Origin: Tubiluchus corallicola
Taxonomy: Eukaryota; Animalia; Priapulida
Length of the DNA stretch: 64,000 nt
Assembly (NCBI GenBank): GCA_030141605.1
Contig: JAQGDQ010000436.1
Span: 1 to 64,000, forward strand
Direction: 5' to 3'
Shown here piece after piece: positions 1-14,400 of this stretch (position 1 is its first letter; each line of letters starts with the position of its first letter). The notes beneath the pieces are model-generated. The model had not been told where the DNA came from. It ran no database searches and saw only the letters and a program-made list of their open reading frames with translations. A program made the translations under genes and the position numbers.

Positions 1-101
1 TGCATTAGTTCCAAAGCTATACAACAAGATAGGAATTTGCCGAATTAATAGGGATGGTGTGATTCCTAGATCAGCTGGTGATTTTTCTGTTTCGCAAGCA
101 T
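1..101 (+). repeat. Arm 1 of a perfect 101-bp inverted duplication (partner 2261-2361)
   Basis: Bases 1-101 are the exact reverse complement of 2261-2361; identity stops at 102/2260. Confidence 0.97.
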
Positions 102-1148
102 GATTTACCAGTATTGACCAAGCAAGGCACTGAGTGCTGCTTAAAAGTGTTCTGCCAATAACATACAGTGTACTGTGAATACAGTGACCAATAATTCATA
201 GCTATACACACAGTTGAAACACAGTTTAATAATCTAATTTTACCATAATCCCACAAGGGCCATGTTTGTCTATCTGGTTTAACTATTAAAAAGTTGATCT
301 GTTTCTCGTTAATAAAATTACTACCATAGGAGCTATTGTTAAGAAAATCCGATTATTAATACCAGTGCACCGTTTGATAAGGCCACATTTTCAGCAATAA
401 GCGACAAAAGCAATAGCAAAATTATTTTTGGTATTTTGTCTATCTTTTAAGATATGCATTTGAAATTTAAGCTGTTTACTGGACTAACGTGTTTTTAGTC
501 AAAGTGACACTGAAAGTTAAAGTTAATGGTTTCCTCATAACTGTTCTGCATGTGCAACTGCTGAACAAAATTTTAGTCTGTTGAATGAACGTGAATCACT
601 GTTGTATGCTTCAGTCATTCTGTAGGCATGCGAATAAACTAACTGCATGCTTAATCGTCATAACATTAATTAGGATGTGTACTGTACTTTGTTAAATACA
701 CAAGCTTACAACAGGCGCTGCATAATAAAATGGCCACTTATTGCTGATGATTTTATTAAGTAGCAACTACTGTGGCTTGATAAAATGAAGGATATTGTTT
801 AGGTCATTTAAGTAGAGAGAAAGCTGTACTTTAGATTTTTCTGGCAAAATGGCTGATCCGGGTGAATTCAAATGTATCTTAATAGACCACGTGATGTGCG
901 TTATTTAACAATCTATAATAAACAGAACTTTGTTTACTGTTCAGTGCCATATTTCAATGATTAGTTTAGTTTGAATGTTTGAAGGTCCCTTATTAACAAT
1001 ATTTGACTGTTCTATGCACAATTTTAGTACTGTCACATTTAAATGGCTCACACGTATGTTACACTTAAATGGCTCACTTGTATGATGAATTTGTCATGTT
1101 CATTTATCGAAGCTGCTAAATTGATACTTTTTTGTCTAACATCTGCAG

Positions 1149-1379
1149 CTTGGTCACAGCGTTCTTCACACGGAAACGTTTACTGTACCGTTGCGCTGGG
1201 TGGCCTGGTGCCCCTTTGCTGGACCTCCCGAGCATGCTGTCTCTTTGGAACTCAGCGGTGGTCCATTGCCCCATCCTGATGCGATACTAGTGTACAGAGA
1301 AATGGATGTTATTGGTAACGAGTCATCTAAATCATCTCCTGGGTTATTACAGCTAGTCTGTGGTTTGCATCCTGCAGAG
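1149..1379 (+). CDS. NPHP4: Next NPHP4 coding exon, lying in inverted orientation relative to the rest of the gene
   Basis: Acceptor ctgcag| at 1143-1148 and donor |gtatga at 1380. The exon is 231 nt, phase 0-0, matching the phase-0 end of exon 2590-2455. Its peptide LRWVAWCPF...VSLELSGGPLPHPDAILVYR matches recalled human VRWAVWNPL...[20 protein letters not shown]. Confidence 0.88.
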
Positions 1380-1569
1380 GTATGAAATATTACTAGCTTC
1401 TTGCAAATTAGCGTAACATGTAATGATGTGTGTGATAATGTAAATCTAAATTGAAAACTGTCTTCAAATCTTTACAGATTTAAAGATTTTACTTTTAAAG
1501 TAAAATACTACTTTTTGATTTTTTTTAATGGGTAGCATCTTTTGTAAATATTTAATTATCAGCAGAAAT

Positions 1570-2168
1570 ATATGTATGCTTGCATAGCAAAATTGTCAGT
1601 AAGTCAACAATTAAGCTTTTCTAGTTATTCACGTATCCTGAATCTCCATTTCATGAGGATCATTTTGATACCAAGTTCATCACTCTGTGTTATTCCTAAG
1701 CTGAGATAATCCGCGTTGAAGTTGAGGTGCAGGCTGCACACTGAAAAACTTAACCTTGAGAAAATCACTGTTAAAGTCAGCCATTGTTTTTTGTTGCATT
1801 TCTACAAAACACTTAGCAACCGTAGAAATGTTGGTTGCTATGGACTTTGCAAGAACACATTGAAGTTATGTTTAAATCCAGTTGATGGCTCTTCGTGAAG
1901 AAGATCTAAGCTTGGCAACAAAAAAAACCTTGAAGCAAAATGACTGTATGAGAGTATCAGGTTATAAGATTAGATTTTTGGTATTTTTCAATGTCTTCTT
2001 GATGATTTAATGCTAGAATACAAAAGTCCAATAAATTTAGCATTTGTTTTTATAAAAAGTAAAATGTTTACGTTTGACCAAATTTCTGATGCTTTCTACT
2101 TTGAAGCATCATAATGTACTTTTAACTGTGCCAACTTATGAACGGTTTTGGTTTGCAAGCACACATAT
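1570..2168 (+). mobile_element. Non-autonomous TIR element / MITE family A, copy 1
   Basis: About 35-bp imperfect TIRs (atatgtatgcttgcatagcaaaattgtcagtaagt ... acttatgaacggttttggtttgcaagcacacatat). Internal sequence is shared with 12213-12572 and 51367-52032. Confidence 0.85.
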
Positions 2169-2260
2169 GTGATGATATCTGTATTTTTATTAACTTTGCT
2201 TAGTGGCAAAGATAATTTTAAACTGAACCTGTAAGGAGTAAAGAGCAGATTTTTGTTTTT

Positions 2261-2361
2261 ATGCTTGCGAAACAGAAAAATCACCAGCTGATCTAGGAAT
2301 CACACCATCCCTATTAATTCGGCAAATTCCTATCTTGTTGTATAGCTTTGGAACTAATGCA
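2261..2361 (-). repeat. Arm 2 of the perfect 101-bp inverted duplication (partner 1-101)
   Basis: Exact reverse complement of 1-101. Confidence 0.97.
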
Positions 2362-2454
2362 GTGTATTATACAAAAACAGCCTGGCATTCAACTAGGATG
2401 CCAGGTGATTTTTCTTGGATAAACTACAAAAAATCACTAATCAGTGCGTGTTAC

Positions 2455-5400
2455 CTGTTGATTTTCTGCAGGTAATGGATGTGAGATGATGTACTCCAAG
2501 GTGAAAACAACAGCAAACAGCGGATCATTTACTAGTCCTTCTAAATGAAATTTGTTTCTCATGACTAGACTCTTACACTCTTGAGTAGATCTAAAAACAA
2601 ACATAATTTCCTATCAAAAATTTCACTGCAATTTAGAATATCTACTGTCAACATATTAAAATACTATCCTTTGAAACTGAACACATCACTGAGTAGGATA
2701 AAATCTAGAATTAAAACTACAGTGTTCCCTCACTTATCGTGGGTGTTCCATTCCAGGCCCACCCCCGATAAGTGAATTTCCGCGAAGTAGGGACGCAAGT
2801 ACTACATTTCATTTTTGCTGTGTATTCATCCGCCGAATAAATACACTATTTACTGCAAATGGTAATTTTTATGATCTATAATATTCTTTTAATGTTAGAA
2901 TTAATATTTTTAATATATTTTTATACATTTTGTGACTTTTTTATACAAAATTCATCAAATCTATACATTACTGTACAATACGTACTACGCACGTGCAAAA
3001 ATACTTTAGACGGAGTACTGCAAAAACCCGCAAAACAGTGAACATACGTGATAAATATTTTACATTAATATTTTTGAAAACCCACGAAACAGCAAGTCCG
3101 CGATAAACGAACCAAGAAGTAGCGAGGGAACGCTGTAAATTTAAATACAATTTCCAGTCTAAATCGACAAGAATAAATTCTAATTAAGTGTGTTAACACA
3201 GACAATGTAAGATGCTTCAAGGTTTCTTTTCAGTTGAAATTAGCCAAAGATGCCTGTTGGGACACCTGACACATCCAGAAGAATAAATTGAACAATAAAG
3301 TTTGTTATTCTTGCCAAATTGTGAATTTCTAAAATATAAGTTAAATCCGTTCACATTCTTCCATTGATCAGCCGTGTATCTTCACTTTTCACCATTCTTA
3401 CGCCGACTCACCCACTTAAGAAAAAACAGAAGTTAAATGACACAATACATTGGCCTACAGCAAGTGGACCAACGTAATGTGCACATTAATGCAGTTAAAA
3501 AAGGTGGGTTTCCCGATAAAGCAACTAAAAACTGAAACGACTTACACAGAAGAGTTTTTTGGACTCAACCGGACGGATTTATTCAAGCTTGGCGATCGGA
3601 ACATGCTCGAGCGACGAAGCATGGAATTATCCCGTCTGATGGCGCCACCTTCCACTTCCTGTTGCAAGTGAACGATCTGGGGTTCTTCGATGTAGCACCA
3701 GCCATTATGTACACCAATCTGAATTGCAAAACATGTCACATATTAAAAGGGAGAAAAGATTTACATTTCTACAGCTGTGGTATTCTGCAGGCATCCATTA
3801 TAGCCTACTGACCACAATAACCAGATGCACTGTTACTTCATTACTTTAAGTACGAACTTGCCCATGTTCAGCAACTCATTCGGTTAGGTGCTTGAACTGT
3901 AGCCCAAAGGCTGTGAGTTCGAGTCTCACAATGCTGCTGTGATTTGATGTTATTCCGTAAGCAAGGCAGACTACTAAAATACTAAGTGGCGCTACAGTCA
4001 GACTACTAAATTACTTATCGGCGCTACACTCCTTTCACAATACATCGATAGCTCTCTGAGAAAACGGAACCCAATATGGGCAGTGAAAAATGTTGTCAAC
4101 ACGTTAAAGTCTGAGCACTTGATGGTATGAATTCCCAGAGAGCTAAGACTGCAAATTCCGGGTTTAAATATCAACTTTTAAGGTTCTGTGAAAATGAAAA
4201 TATGTTCTTATCACAAATAGTGTTCCTTACGCTTATCACCTTGAATGTAAGGTATTCAATCCCCAAAATTTTTTCAACCAACTCCTACTGCAGGCATTAT
4301 CATAGCCAAATTTGACCACACCTCAAATGCTAAACAGCTTAATTTTAAAGCATTCTGTCTGATACGCATGTGTTTGTGTAGAAGATGATGAAAACAGAAA
4401 ACAACTGTTACCTGAAGTGAATTTTCAATGACTTTATCATTCATGACAGTGGCAGATTTAGGGGGTGAGCCCATAAGCATTAAAATGATTTGCTAAATTC
4501 AATTGTGCCTTTATTAAAATTTAACACCTGGAAGAATGATAGATCACAAGGGTTTTTTCAAAACACACAAAAGTTATGCACATCATGTACACTGCATACC
4601 AATACCTTGGTGTGTAATTATGAGTTAAAAGTTTGAGGTGACGTGAGTTTTAAACATCTGAATGACTTGAGGAAATAACTTCTACCAGTCACAAACATGG
4701 TCACAAATGCAGTAATATACATTAGCAGCTCCTAGACCCCCTAACTGCTTTTTCGTTGGGTACCCTGTTTTCAAAAGCCTAAATCCGCCCCTGTATGAGA
4801 GGCTAAGTGATCACAAGAATGAACTAAGATTAGGATTAACAGTACTGTAGCTTTTTTTGACAAACAAATTCCAAGTTATTACAAAGAATAGCACAAATTT
4901 GTAATTACAAATTTATGTACTTTATGACATAGCTGTCAAAATAAAATAATAATCGAATCGAATCTAGTCTAATCTAATAATCAAGTATTCTAATTACAGC
5001 CCCGTTGGCTTTTACCTCATCTATTGTAGCCATAAAATTTATTCTTGCCCACAATAATCTTAAGCAATTCACCCTTTTTACACGTACAACACTTCTAGTT
5101 TATTAACACATACTTACTCGCACTCGGCGCTCAACAATATTAAGCAGACTGTCGTCGCCGGCAGCATCTACTCGATTAAGTTTATCTTCGCTTAAATGCC
5201 GACGCAGAGCATCCTCAAACTTATCAGTGCTGGGATAGAGAGTTATGGTGAGTTTTTCTATGGAGCAGGAAATCTTTTTTGAGAGTTTTGGTTTCGACAT
5301 ATAGTCTAAAATGTAAATACAGTCTTGCAAAAAGTTGAAAATTCATACAGTAGAGCACTGAGGCTGTTAACGAATTGACACCATCATATTTCTTTAAAAA

Positions 5401-8400
5401 GTTACTTGTGCCATACAAATTGTTTATGAAAAATTTTGGCTACAAGTCAATCAATTATGTTGCATTAATTCAGACAATGAAACATGTCATTAATGCATTA
5501 ATGTAGGGCAGCAGTACAGCATACTTTATCAGCATTTACCCTTATAGCTTCTCAGACTGTAAGTAATTATAAGCAGCTGCACAAAACAGAAACAAAAGAC
5601 CATTCCTTAACAACTGCTCAATGCATAATTTATTCAACTAGCAGCAACAAAACGAGCAAGGTAATTAGGTGCGTGCTAATTACATGTGCTCAGTGACAGA
5701 AGTTAAGCAACACTGAGCTTAGTCAGGAGATAGAAGAGTGACTTCCAAGATCGATGCCATTTTGCACGTCACGCTGCAGATGGGTATTTACCTTACTGAG
5801 CGGTAATGTAAATAGCAAAGGTAACCAAACAAGATGGAGACACCTCTGCTGGTTCAGTGTCTCATTTTACTCTCTAGCACTTCATAAAAGGTTAGGTGTC
5901 AGTCATGCCGCAATAATCTACATTGAGCAGGCCCTGTCACTTGGAGCTAGATTTCAGTTTGCAGAGTACTGAACTGTATTAAAAACATTAGCAAAGATTA
6001 ACACCACAGTCAGTACACTACAAACACTTAAGAAAAGAGAATCAATATACCACCGGCTGAATTCGGCACAATTCCAGGCACCGCCTCCGTGGAACTCAAC
6101 AGCACATTTTCAGGAACAAGGTGAGCCACCCGAAGCATGGCTTGATGCGTTCGTATGCTGAAGACAAACCGACAACCGGGAATGACCGATAAATCCGGAT
6201 TACCCTCTATGGGATCTTCCATTCGTAACAAAGCTCTGGGTGAACCAGTGTACATATCCAGACTAAAAAGTGAAATGATAAAAAATTCAAGGTATAAAAA
6301 TTAAAATGAGATGTCATTGTTCTATAAAATGTTATGTAATATGTCTCAATGTAATGTCATGACGAAAACAGTTTAAACAAAACTGTGCTAGCAGCATGAA
6401 ATAATGTAACCGAGAAAGAACTGCTTTTGTGTAAATGAATGCAGTCATTAACAAAAAGTTTTGAAGTATAATTGTCTAAGAAAATCATAAATTTATACCT
6501 TATTAAAATAAAGGATACAAGGATATTGCTAATGCTTAGCAGCTCGTGGACACAGAATATCAACACCTTTAATTCCTTTACCTTTGCGAGCGTGAAGCTT
6601 TGTTACTTGCAACGTCAACCATGTCGCCACGGTAACCAAACAATCTAAACAGTCCCCACCCACACGACAATAGCTTAGTACAACCGTCACTTTGAGGTAA
6701 TGTTCCCACCAGCTCAACCACCAGAACAATGTTAGCATCTTTGAATGGAGTATGAAAAAATACATCCTTTAAAAAGAATAGTAACACTTGTTAATATAAG
6801 AATGGGGAGAGTTTATTAATAAATCTAAAACCTGGAAAAATTATATTCATTATAACAATAAAAAAAGTCTGAGCTTCTGGCAAGGAATCGAACCAAGAGC
6901 TTACTAACTGATGATCAAACATCTGAACAAGCTGACATCTTAACAATATGTCGCAACATCATTCGTAGTTTTATGCAGAAACGTCAATGGCAGTAACTGC
7001 AGTGAATAAATAATATGTTATTTTATTATTTAAGTACACTAATTACTGTAATTAGCAAACTGTCGCATGTCTATCTTCTGATATGGTCTAACTGTTTTTA
7101 TAAAATATTAAAAAATGTTTACTAAACAATTTTAAAGTCGAAACGCACAATGACAATAAGACAACGACATACATGGCTGTATGGCAGCTTCGGGTTCTGA
7201 GAAGTAGCATGCCGGACGTTCGCATCTGGTCCGATCCACGACCTCCCAAAAAACTGTCTGTAAGTGATATCATAGAAATGCACTCTGACGTGGTACTTGA
7301 TCTTGGTGACATCTTCCTGATGAGATGAAATAAACCAAAACTGAATTAAACCAGCATTTTACAAGTGCCCAAGGTACTGAGCCATTCACAGCAAGAATCA
7401 CAAAATGATGAAGAAAGAAAGAACAGAAACTGTACAAGCAGATATGCTAGAAGTTACACCGGCAATGACATATTGAGTCTTTTAGACGAACTACTTTTTT
7501 ATACACCTAAAGCAATGTAAGCTTATATTTATTATTCTTTGGCAGAGTCTACCCAACGCAGATGGCGTGGTGGTAACACTGAAAGCTAGTTCATTATTAG
7601 AGATAATTCCCCGGGATGTCATGGAACACTCACAAAATTGGCAAAGCTCTCTTAGCCATGTTAAGTGTTTGTGTGTTGTGTTGGTTGTGGGTTTTTAGCG
7701 GAGACTCATCCATTTACTGAATAGAATTAATGTTGCGCTCTGTAGTTTAAAAGTTTTGGTAAACAGACAACATAACCATTCAATTATTTCACTCACTTAT
7801 ATGCTGGGCAAAGCTAGTTACTCAGGAATTAAAGCTTTAATGTCAGGTGATTAAGGTAGTTATTGCCAGCTAAATGGCAAAGCTGCAAGATGGAGGTCCA
7901 TTAGAGTAACCTGCATTTAGCCAAGGCTATAAGCATCTCATTTATAACCCTATTTCACCTTTGTGCAGTTGCTTGCACCAGTTCTGAACTACAATCCATG
8001 ATACTGCTATAAAAAACTCCTGGCTGGTTTTTGTAGATATGGTTTCACAATCTATTATATATAACTTGAATACTTGAACAAAGGTTGCAGTGTAGCGGGT
8101 GAACGAAGAGTTCATAAAAAATACAATCAAAAGTTGAGAGGAAAGGGAAGGTTGTAATGGGCTATGGTGTTTGCTAAGCCATCAAAGTTTTGAAGCAGCA
8201 TCTGATCTGATGAATGAATGGATAGGTGATTTCCTTCTGGAAATTTCTGCCTCCCATCATTTATCTGTTTGAATAAGGTTGGATCTGTACAATCATACAT
8301 CCGAACATGACTAACACACCTCCCCGATGATTTACCATCTCATCTTAAAGAATTGAGCATATTCCGGTTCTGCCACAACTGTTTACATTAAGTAGGAGCA

Positions 8401-11400
8401 CCTATTTTGAGCGCTGAATCTTGATTTGTAGTGTCAAACTGTACAGAAAAGGAAAGGCAGTTCGGGAGGTCGGCTTCACAATTTAGTTGGATAGGTGTTT
8501 CAAAAAAATTATTCAAATTAATTAATTATTAACACTTGCAATTATCAAGACTAATATATACTATTAACAACTTACTTCTAAACCAACAATAATTGAATCT
8601 AATCAAATCATAATTATTTTATAAAGAAAAGGCTAGAAATCTTACTAACAGTAAAAATTCCACTCAAAATATTAGGATTCAAAACAGAATTCAAAGTAAA
8701 ACAAAATGGAGCCGTGACACAGTCCTTTGAAGTTTGTAGTTGTTTGCACCGAAACAGAGATGGAGCCACCAATCCACGACTCTTAACCAATATCTCAGAC
8801 CACTTCTTCGATGCATAAGTTTCGTCAAAAGCTGGCATAGCTTCAAAGCTTACACGTTTTCTGTTGACAGAGCGAAAAAGCTGAACATATCTTGTCATGA
8901 ACGTAACGCGTCTAAACGTGTTTTTCACTGGCATCTTTTCATCTGATGTTTTATTCTTATTTTCTGTCGATCCAGGTTTACAACAGTTCACAGCAAACAT
9001 GTTAATGTGTTTTAATTGTACACCAATATGTGTCTCCACTAGTAAAATTACAATTCCAGTATACTAAATTCCTAATAGTATTCTAATTTCATGATGAAAT
9101 GCATGAAATACAGCAACACCAGTACCCACAGCTCAAAGCCACACTCACTAATGAAACCAATACATACGAGAACCACTTCAATAATGATTATACACCTGCT
9201 AACCTGCTCCAGCGTGCACCTTACTTAATGACCTAAACGCACACCTGTGATTCAATAAATAATTCACTTCAAGATGGGCACTCCAACTATCTAATTAATG
9301 CCAGGTAAGGTGCAGCTGTTATTATAATTACACCATTTCTGGACCAATTCCAGAGATGATCGTATTGATCCATAGCACAAATTGATTTTTTGTGTTAAAG
9401 ATAATGGCACCAGTCTCAACATTAATAATGATGGCATACTTAGCGATATAGTCAAGTGAATAACAAACATTTCTGTAAAGAATAAAACTGTGGTACAAAC
9501 GATAAGAACATGTACGTTTTGCACGTACCATAATCCATCATTAATGGCAGGTCTAATGTTGAATACTTGTAGCAGAATCAACCACAAACTATATTACTTC
9601 CCTTGAACATAGTTTTTTCCTTGAACATCTTAATCACAAAACTTGTTTCTGATCTAGCCAGTGTTTGAATAAGTTCATGCACGTACACATAGTTTGAAAC
9701 GGTAGTTTTTACACTTGTGCACATAGTCTGGAAGTGATTCTAGGACAGCGATGTTCATTTTTGCTGTTGTCTTCACATAGATCAAATTATTATAGGTGCT
9801 GATACAGGTCACAAAGTGTAAGTTCAAATAATTTTTAACCCAATTTTATGTTGTGTTTTGTTTCTCTCGAAAGGCTCATAGAGAAAACCAGAAAACACTT
9901 CAAATTAAACTAGTTTATTAAGCGAGAATTCTACAACACAGAAGTATGAAGGAACTCGAAATGATTACACTAAACGTGAAAATCTGGAAAACGTTTAAGT
10001 GTATCTGAAAATACAAGTATACAAGAGAATGTGTAAGTGGCGTCCGTGCGAAATCTGCGTGTCCCAGTCAGCGGCCTGCTACACCTTATATAGGGTGCCC
10101 AAGAAGTTTCTTTCCAGAACATTCTACACGGTAAGACGATTATTCTAACGGAACATTCCACAATGTTCTATTTAATTCTAACAGATGCCAGTGATCTCCA
10201 CAACATTTTACACATTCAAATTTATGGTAAGATCTGCAACTATTTTAAAATGTTTACTCTATTTACAGTCAGTTTACTAGGGTGATTATGTTGTTTTTAC
10301 AGATGCGCTACTTGTAGCAAATGGGTATTGTTAATAACTAAATACGTAAAGTAAATTGATTTGCATGCTGTATAAAACATAAAAATACAATGTGCTTGCT
10401 TGTTATGCTTCTTCACTATTGTAACAGGTGGAGCCACTGACCAGGAATCCAAATTACACGTACAAAGCAGACTGTTAATGTATTTTAACAAACATATAAC
10501 GTTCTGCCCTCTCACAAAATCATGGTATAGTTGTAAAACAGTCTCATACATCGTCAAAAACTGACAGCGTTTTTACAGTATGTTGAATGCGATAGTTTTG
10601 CAACTTAGAAAAAGAATGTTCAACTTAATAAATTCAGGAATTTTGAGTTCGATTTCAGGTACTCATCGGTGAAATAAGTAATGCGCCCTTCACCAAATTG
10701 TATCAAAAAAATGTTCAGAATACATAAAAGCATTACTACAATAACTCTCATTTTGATTTCTTCTTCCGCCACATGCAGTTTAAACATAGCTTTAATAATA
10801 AATTTTTATCAGTGTATTGCTAATAGCACAGCTACTATGTTCACATTTTATATATATATATAATGTAACGTTGACAAGATGATGAAGCTGAACGTTGACA
10901 ACGCAACTATATGCAATGGCTTCGTACGGATAAGTCCATCACAATGTAGAGGGGGTCGAAAATAAATGACATTTTGCCGCCGCAACACTATATACGAAAA
11001 TAATCATATTATAACTTGATTTTCTAAATTCTTAATTGATTTATAGTTATTAGTTCATCGGATTATTTCTTGCTATCAGTGCATTTGTGTATCAGTGATA
11101 TGATTTCTCTCAATATTAGCCCACAGTCATTATAAGTAATAGCTTCAATGTAAATTAGCGTGAATTGTGTGAATACAGCTAAAAAACATCTAAATCTGTA
11201 CCCGGTTGTTATTGCAAAATTAGTTGTCTTTGGATACTAAATGAATTACTAAACAAGTCACATTTTCATTCAAAACTACACTCTTATTTACAAAATAATT
11301 CATTTTGACTGTTGCCATCATCGCAATAATAAGCTCACGTACTCAAAATGTGCAAAATTATTTGGACAAGGTGTGTTTTTTAGTACTCATTTTCTTCACT

Positions 11401-14400
11401 GCATAAATCGTCCATATGTAAACACCCTGAAACTAACATATTATATTACTATTGTATACTGGATAATAACTCTTTTTTGAAAATTTATAAAAATTTGTAT
11501 TTGACAGAAAAATTCAGGTGATTATACCAATATTATTAATATGCAAGATCCTCCTGGTTACTGTATTGCCATAAATAGTATATTAGCAGTCTGGTTGTCA
11601 ATACAGTACAACCCGAGTTATCCGGACAATCTAGTTGTGGAACGTCACAAAAGTCCGGATAATCGGGAAAGTCTGGAGAATCAGACTTACTTATTTTTCC
11701 TTAAAGGAAGGCAGGATAATTTTTCATATACTACCTCATTTTCAAGTCCGATAAAAAGTATACAGTTTAACACAATTAATACCGCAAAAGTGTTTCTGAA
11801 AATTAAATAATAGATTAAAAATTTAATGAACGGCGGGCAAGCCCAATTAGTGATGACATCCCAAACTAACATAATTGCTACTGTAAGTTCTTCAGTGTGT
11901 TGCACTGAAACTAGGCAAGTTTTAAGATTAAAAATACAAATTTGAAATTTATCACTGTGCTCATGCTGAGCTGTCAAACGTATGTAGTTTGTCAGAAACT
12001 AACACATCTGAACTGAGAGCTACAGTACCTTCTTTTGTGAAATGTGTTTCCAAAATGCAGGTGCTAGTGTACGTCTAATTAGCGAATGGCAAAATGTATT
12101 TAACGACAAAGAACTAGTGGTGCGAACGTGAAATTGTATTTGTGTGGTAATAATTCTTTCATGTAAGTCATTTTTGAAAAAATATAATGTTTCCTTTCAA
12201 TATTTTAAAGAGTATATGTGTGGTTGCATAGCAAAATCGTCCATAAGTCAGCAGTTAATGTTTTCTAGTTATTCACATACCCAGCAACTTCATTTCACGG
12301 GAAGAATTTTGATACCAAGCTCACCGCTCTATGTTATTTCTAAGCTGAGTTAATCCACGTTGAAGTTGAGGTGCAGGTTATGCACTGGAAAACATAATCT
12401 TGAGAAAATCGTTGTTAAAGTTCGCCAATGTGTTTTGTCGCGTCTCTACAAAACACTTAGCTACTGTACGAAAGTGCAGTTACTATGGACTTTGCAAGGG
12501 CACATTGAAGTTATGTTTAAATCCCGTAGATGGCTCTGACTTATGGACGGTTTTGGTTTGCAAGCACATATATTGTTTTGACTTACAGTTTAAGACTGGG
12601 TCCAGTTTTGCTTTAATGAAGGACATGCCATATCACAAATTAACTTTGAATCTCAAACTGGTTGAAAGTCCTGACTTTAGCAGCTTAGCTGTTTCATTAC
12701 CCAAAAGCTCTATTAATTTTTAATTTTTGATGTTGGTATTATTACAGCACCCCTATTCTACATACTGATTCCCCAAGGTAACTTTTTTTTGTTGTCCAGC
12801 AGGGGTACACGGGTGACTGTATTTCGGGCAAAGGTTTCTATCTCGTGAATTCTTACTCCAATCACATTTTGCGCAATATTCATGTTGAAGTAACATCTGG
12901 TGGGAAATTGGGAGAAATATTTCAAAATCGAGAGAAGGGATGTTACTAAAAAAGACCTGGAAGCCTCCCAAACAAATCGGGAGAGGTTGAATATCTGGCA
13001 TCATGCCCAACAAACCCCTACAGTGTTGCAAATGACCTAATCGAATTAAATCAGGATCTCAGTTTCAAAAATTATTTTTTTTTGTAGTAGATCGGGTCTG
13101 CAGATCTCACGAAACCACTCTTTGCGACCCGGCAGTCTGAACATAAAAAATAAGTGGGTCTGCACATCTCTGCCTGGCTTTATTCACATCAGTGTAGTAA
13201 ATGTGACAACTTTTGGAATCGCTTTTACCGAGATTGGAAAGGTAACTACTTGAGAATGCAATTAGTGTGAATCAATAGGTAAATCTACTTATGTTTCTCG
13301 TTATGTTAATGTTTGAGGTGTCATAATTACTTTAATAATAACGTACTCCGGAACCCTTTTACTTTAATAGCATGTTGTCACTTTTTTCATTATTAGCAGG
13401 TTTTAGTTAATTTTTCTTCAGAAACGATAAGTGTTCTGCTACAAAAGAACAGAAGCAAGAGAAGTAGGCATGGCATTGTCACTGGCAAGACAGTCAAAAA
13501 CTGAGTGCACAGTTAGAGCCTTCAATTCAATGGTGTTAACACATTACTGCGAAGAAGAACATGTGTCGAACACCTCAGCAGTCATCACACTTGATGCCAA
13601 CTGGATGGCGTAGGGCGCGGAGTACACTACTAGCCGAAGTAGGACACTTCCGCCAAAGTGCATGTACTAAATTTACGGAAAAGCAGTGTGGTACATGTGG
13701 TAATAATGGCATAAAAAACATAAAACAAAATTTGTTTTAGAAAAAAAGGAACATTATAATAATGATGAATAGTCCTTGACAATCTATAACTGTATTTTTT
13801 ACACTAATATCATCATTATTATTAGCTCCATTAATATCATCATTGCATTAAACTAAGTATCTAATGCTTTAAAGAGAGAAAGTGTGTAGGGTACATAGCT
13901 CACTAGCCGGTTTACTTAATAGAAAACACTTATTTGTCCAAGAGGTAGTGAAACAGATCACCTGTCTGCAAAGCGAGACAAAATCAAAATGATCTACCTT
14001 AAGCAAATGTTGAAATCGCCTAAAAAGCGGGCTTATATCACTTCAAAAAGTTTAATATCGAAGCCAAATTTAATATTGGCCATTCTAAAAGCTCAGAACA
14101 AGATTATTTTATTTTATCAGATGTATAATAAATTATTCACTGTGTACTGATGTTTTCAATTTCTATTATTAAATAAACAAAGACACTGGATGCTGCCAGT
14201 ACGGTTAAAGACTCAATTTGTGACCTGTCTCCAGTTTCCTACTGGGGCATCCCATGTATGACTTGGGCTAGCTCATGTACGGCAATTGTCCTACTTCGGC
14301 TAGTGTCCTACTCCGCTCCCAACAATGGTACACCTTAATGCTATAGACTTTACATCAGTATAGCATTAAAGTCAATATGGATAAAAACTATGAACTGAAA

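Noticed and set aside
2859-3150. Near-identical small ORFs at 2859-3041 and 60458-60673 suggesting a duplicated gene
   Set aside because: Both lie inside copies of MITE family B; the similarity is that of the repeat.
6623-6636. Good X-box match GTCGCCACGGTAAC
   Set aside because: It lies inside an NPHP4 coding exon (GYRGDM), far from any inferred promoter; probably coincidental.
6870-6945. tRNA gene on the minus strand (B-box ggttcgattcc)
   Set aside because: No consistent cloverleaf; at most a decayed tRNA-SINE head.
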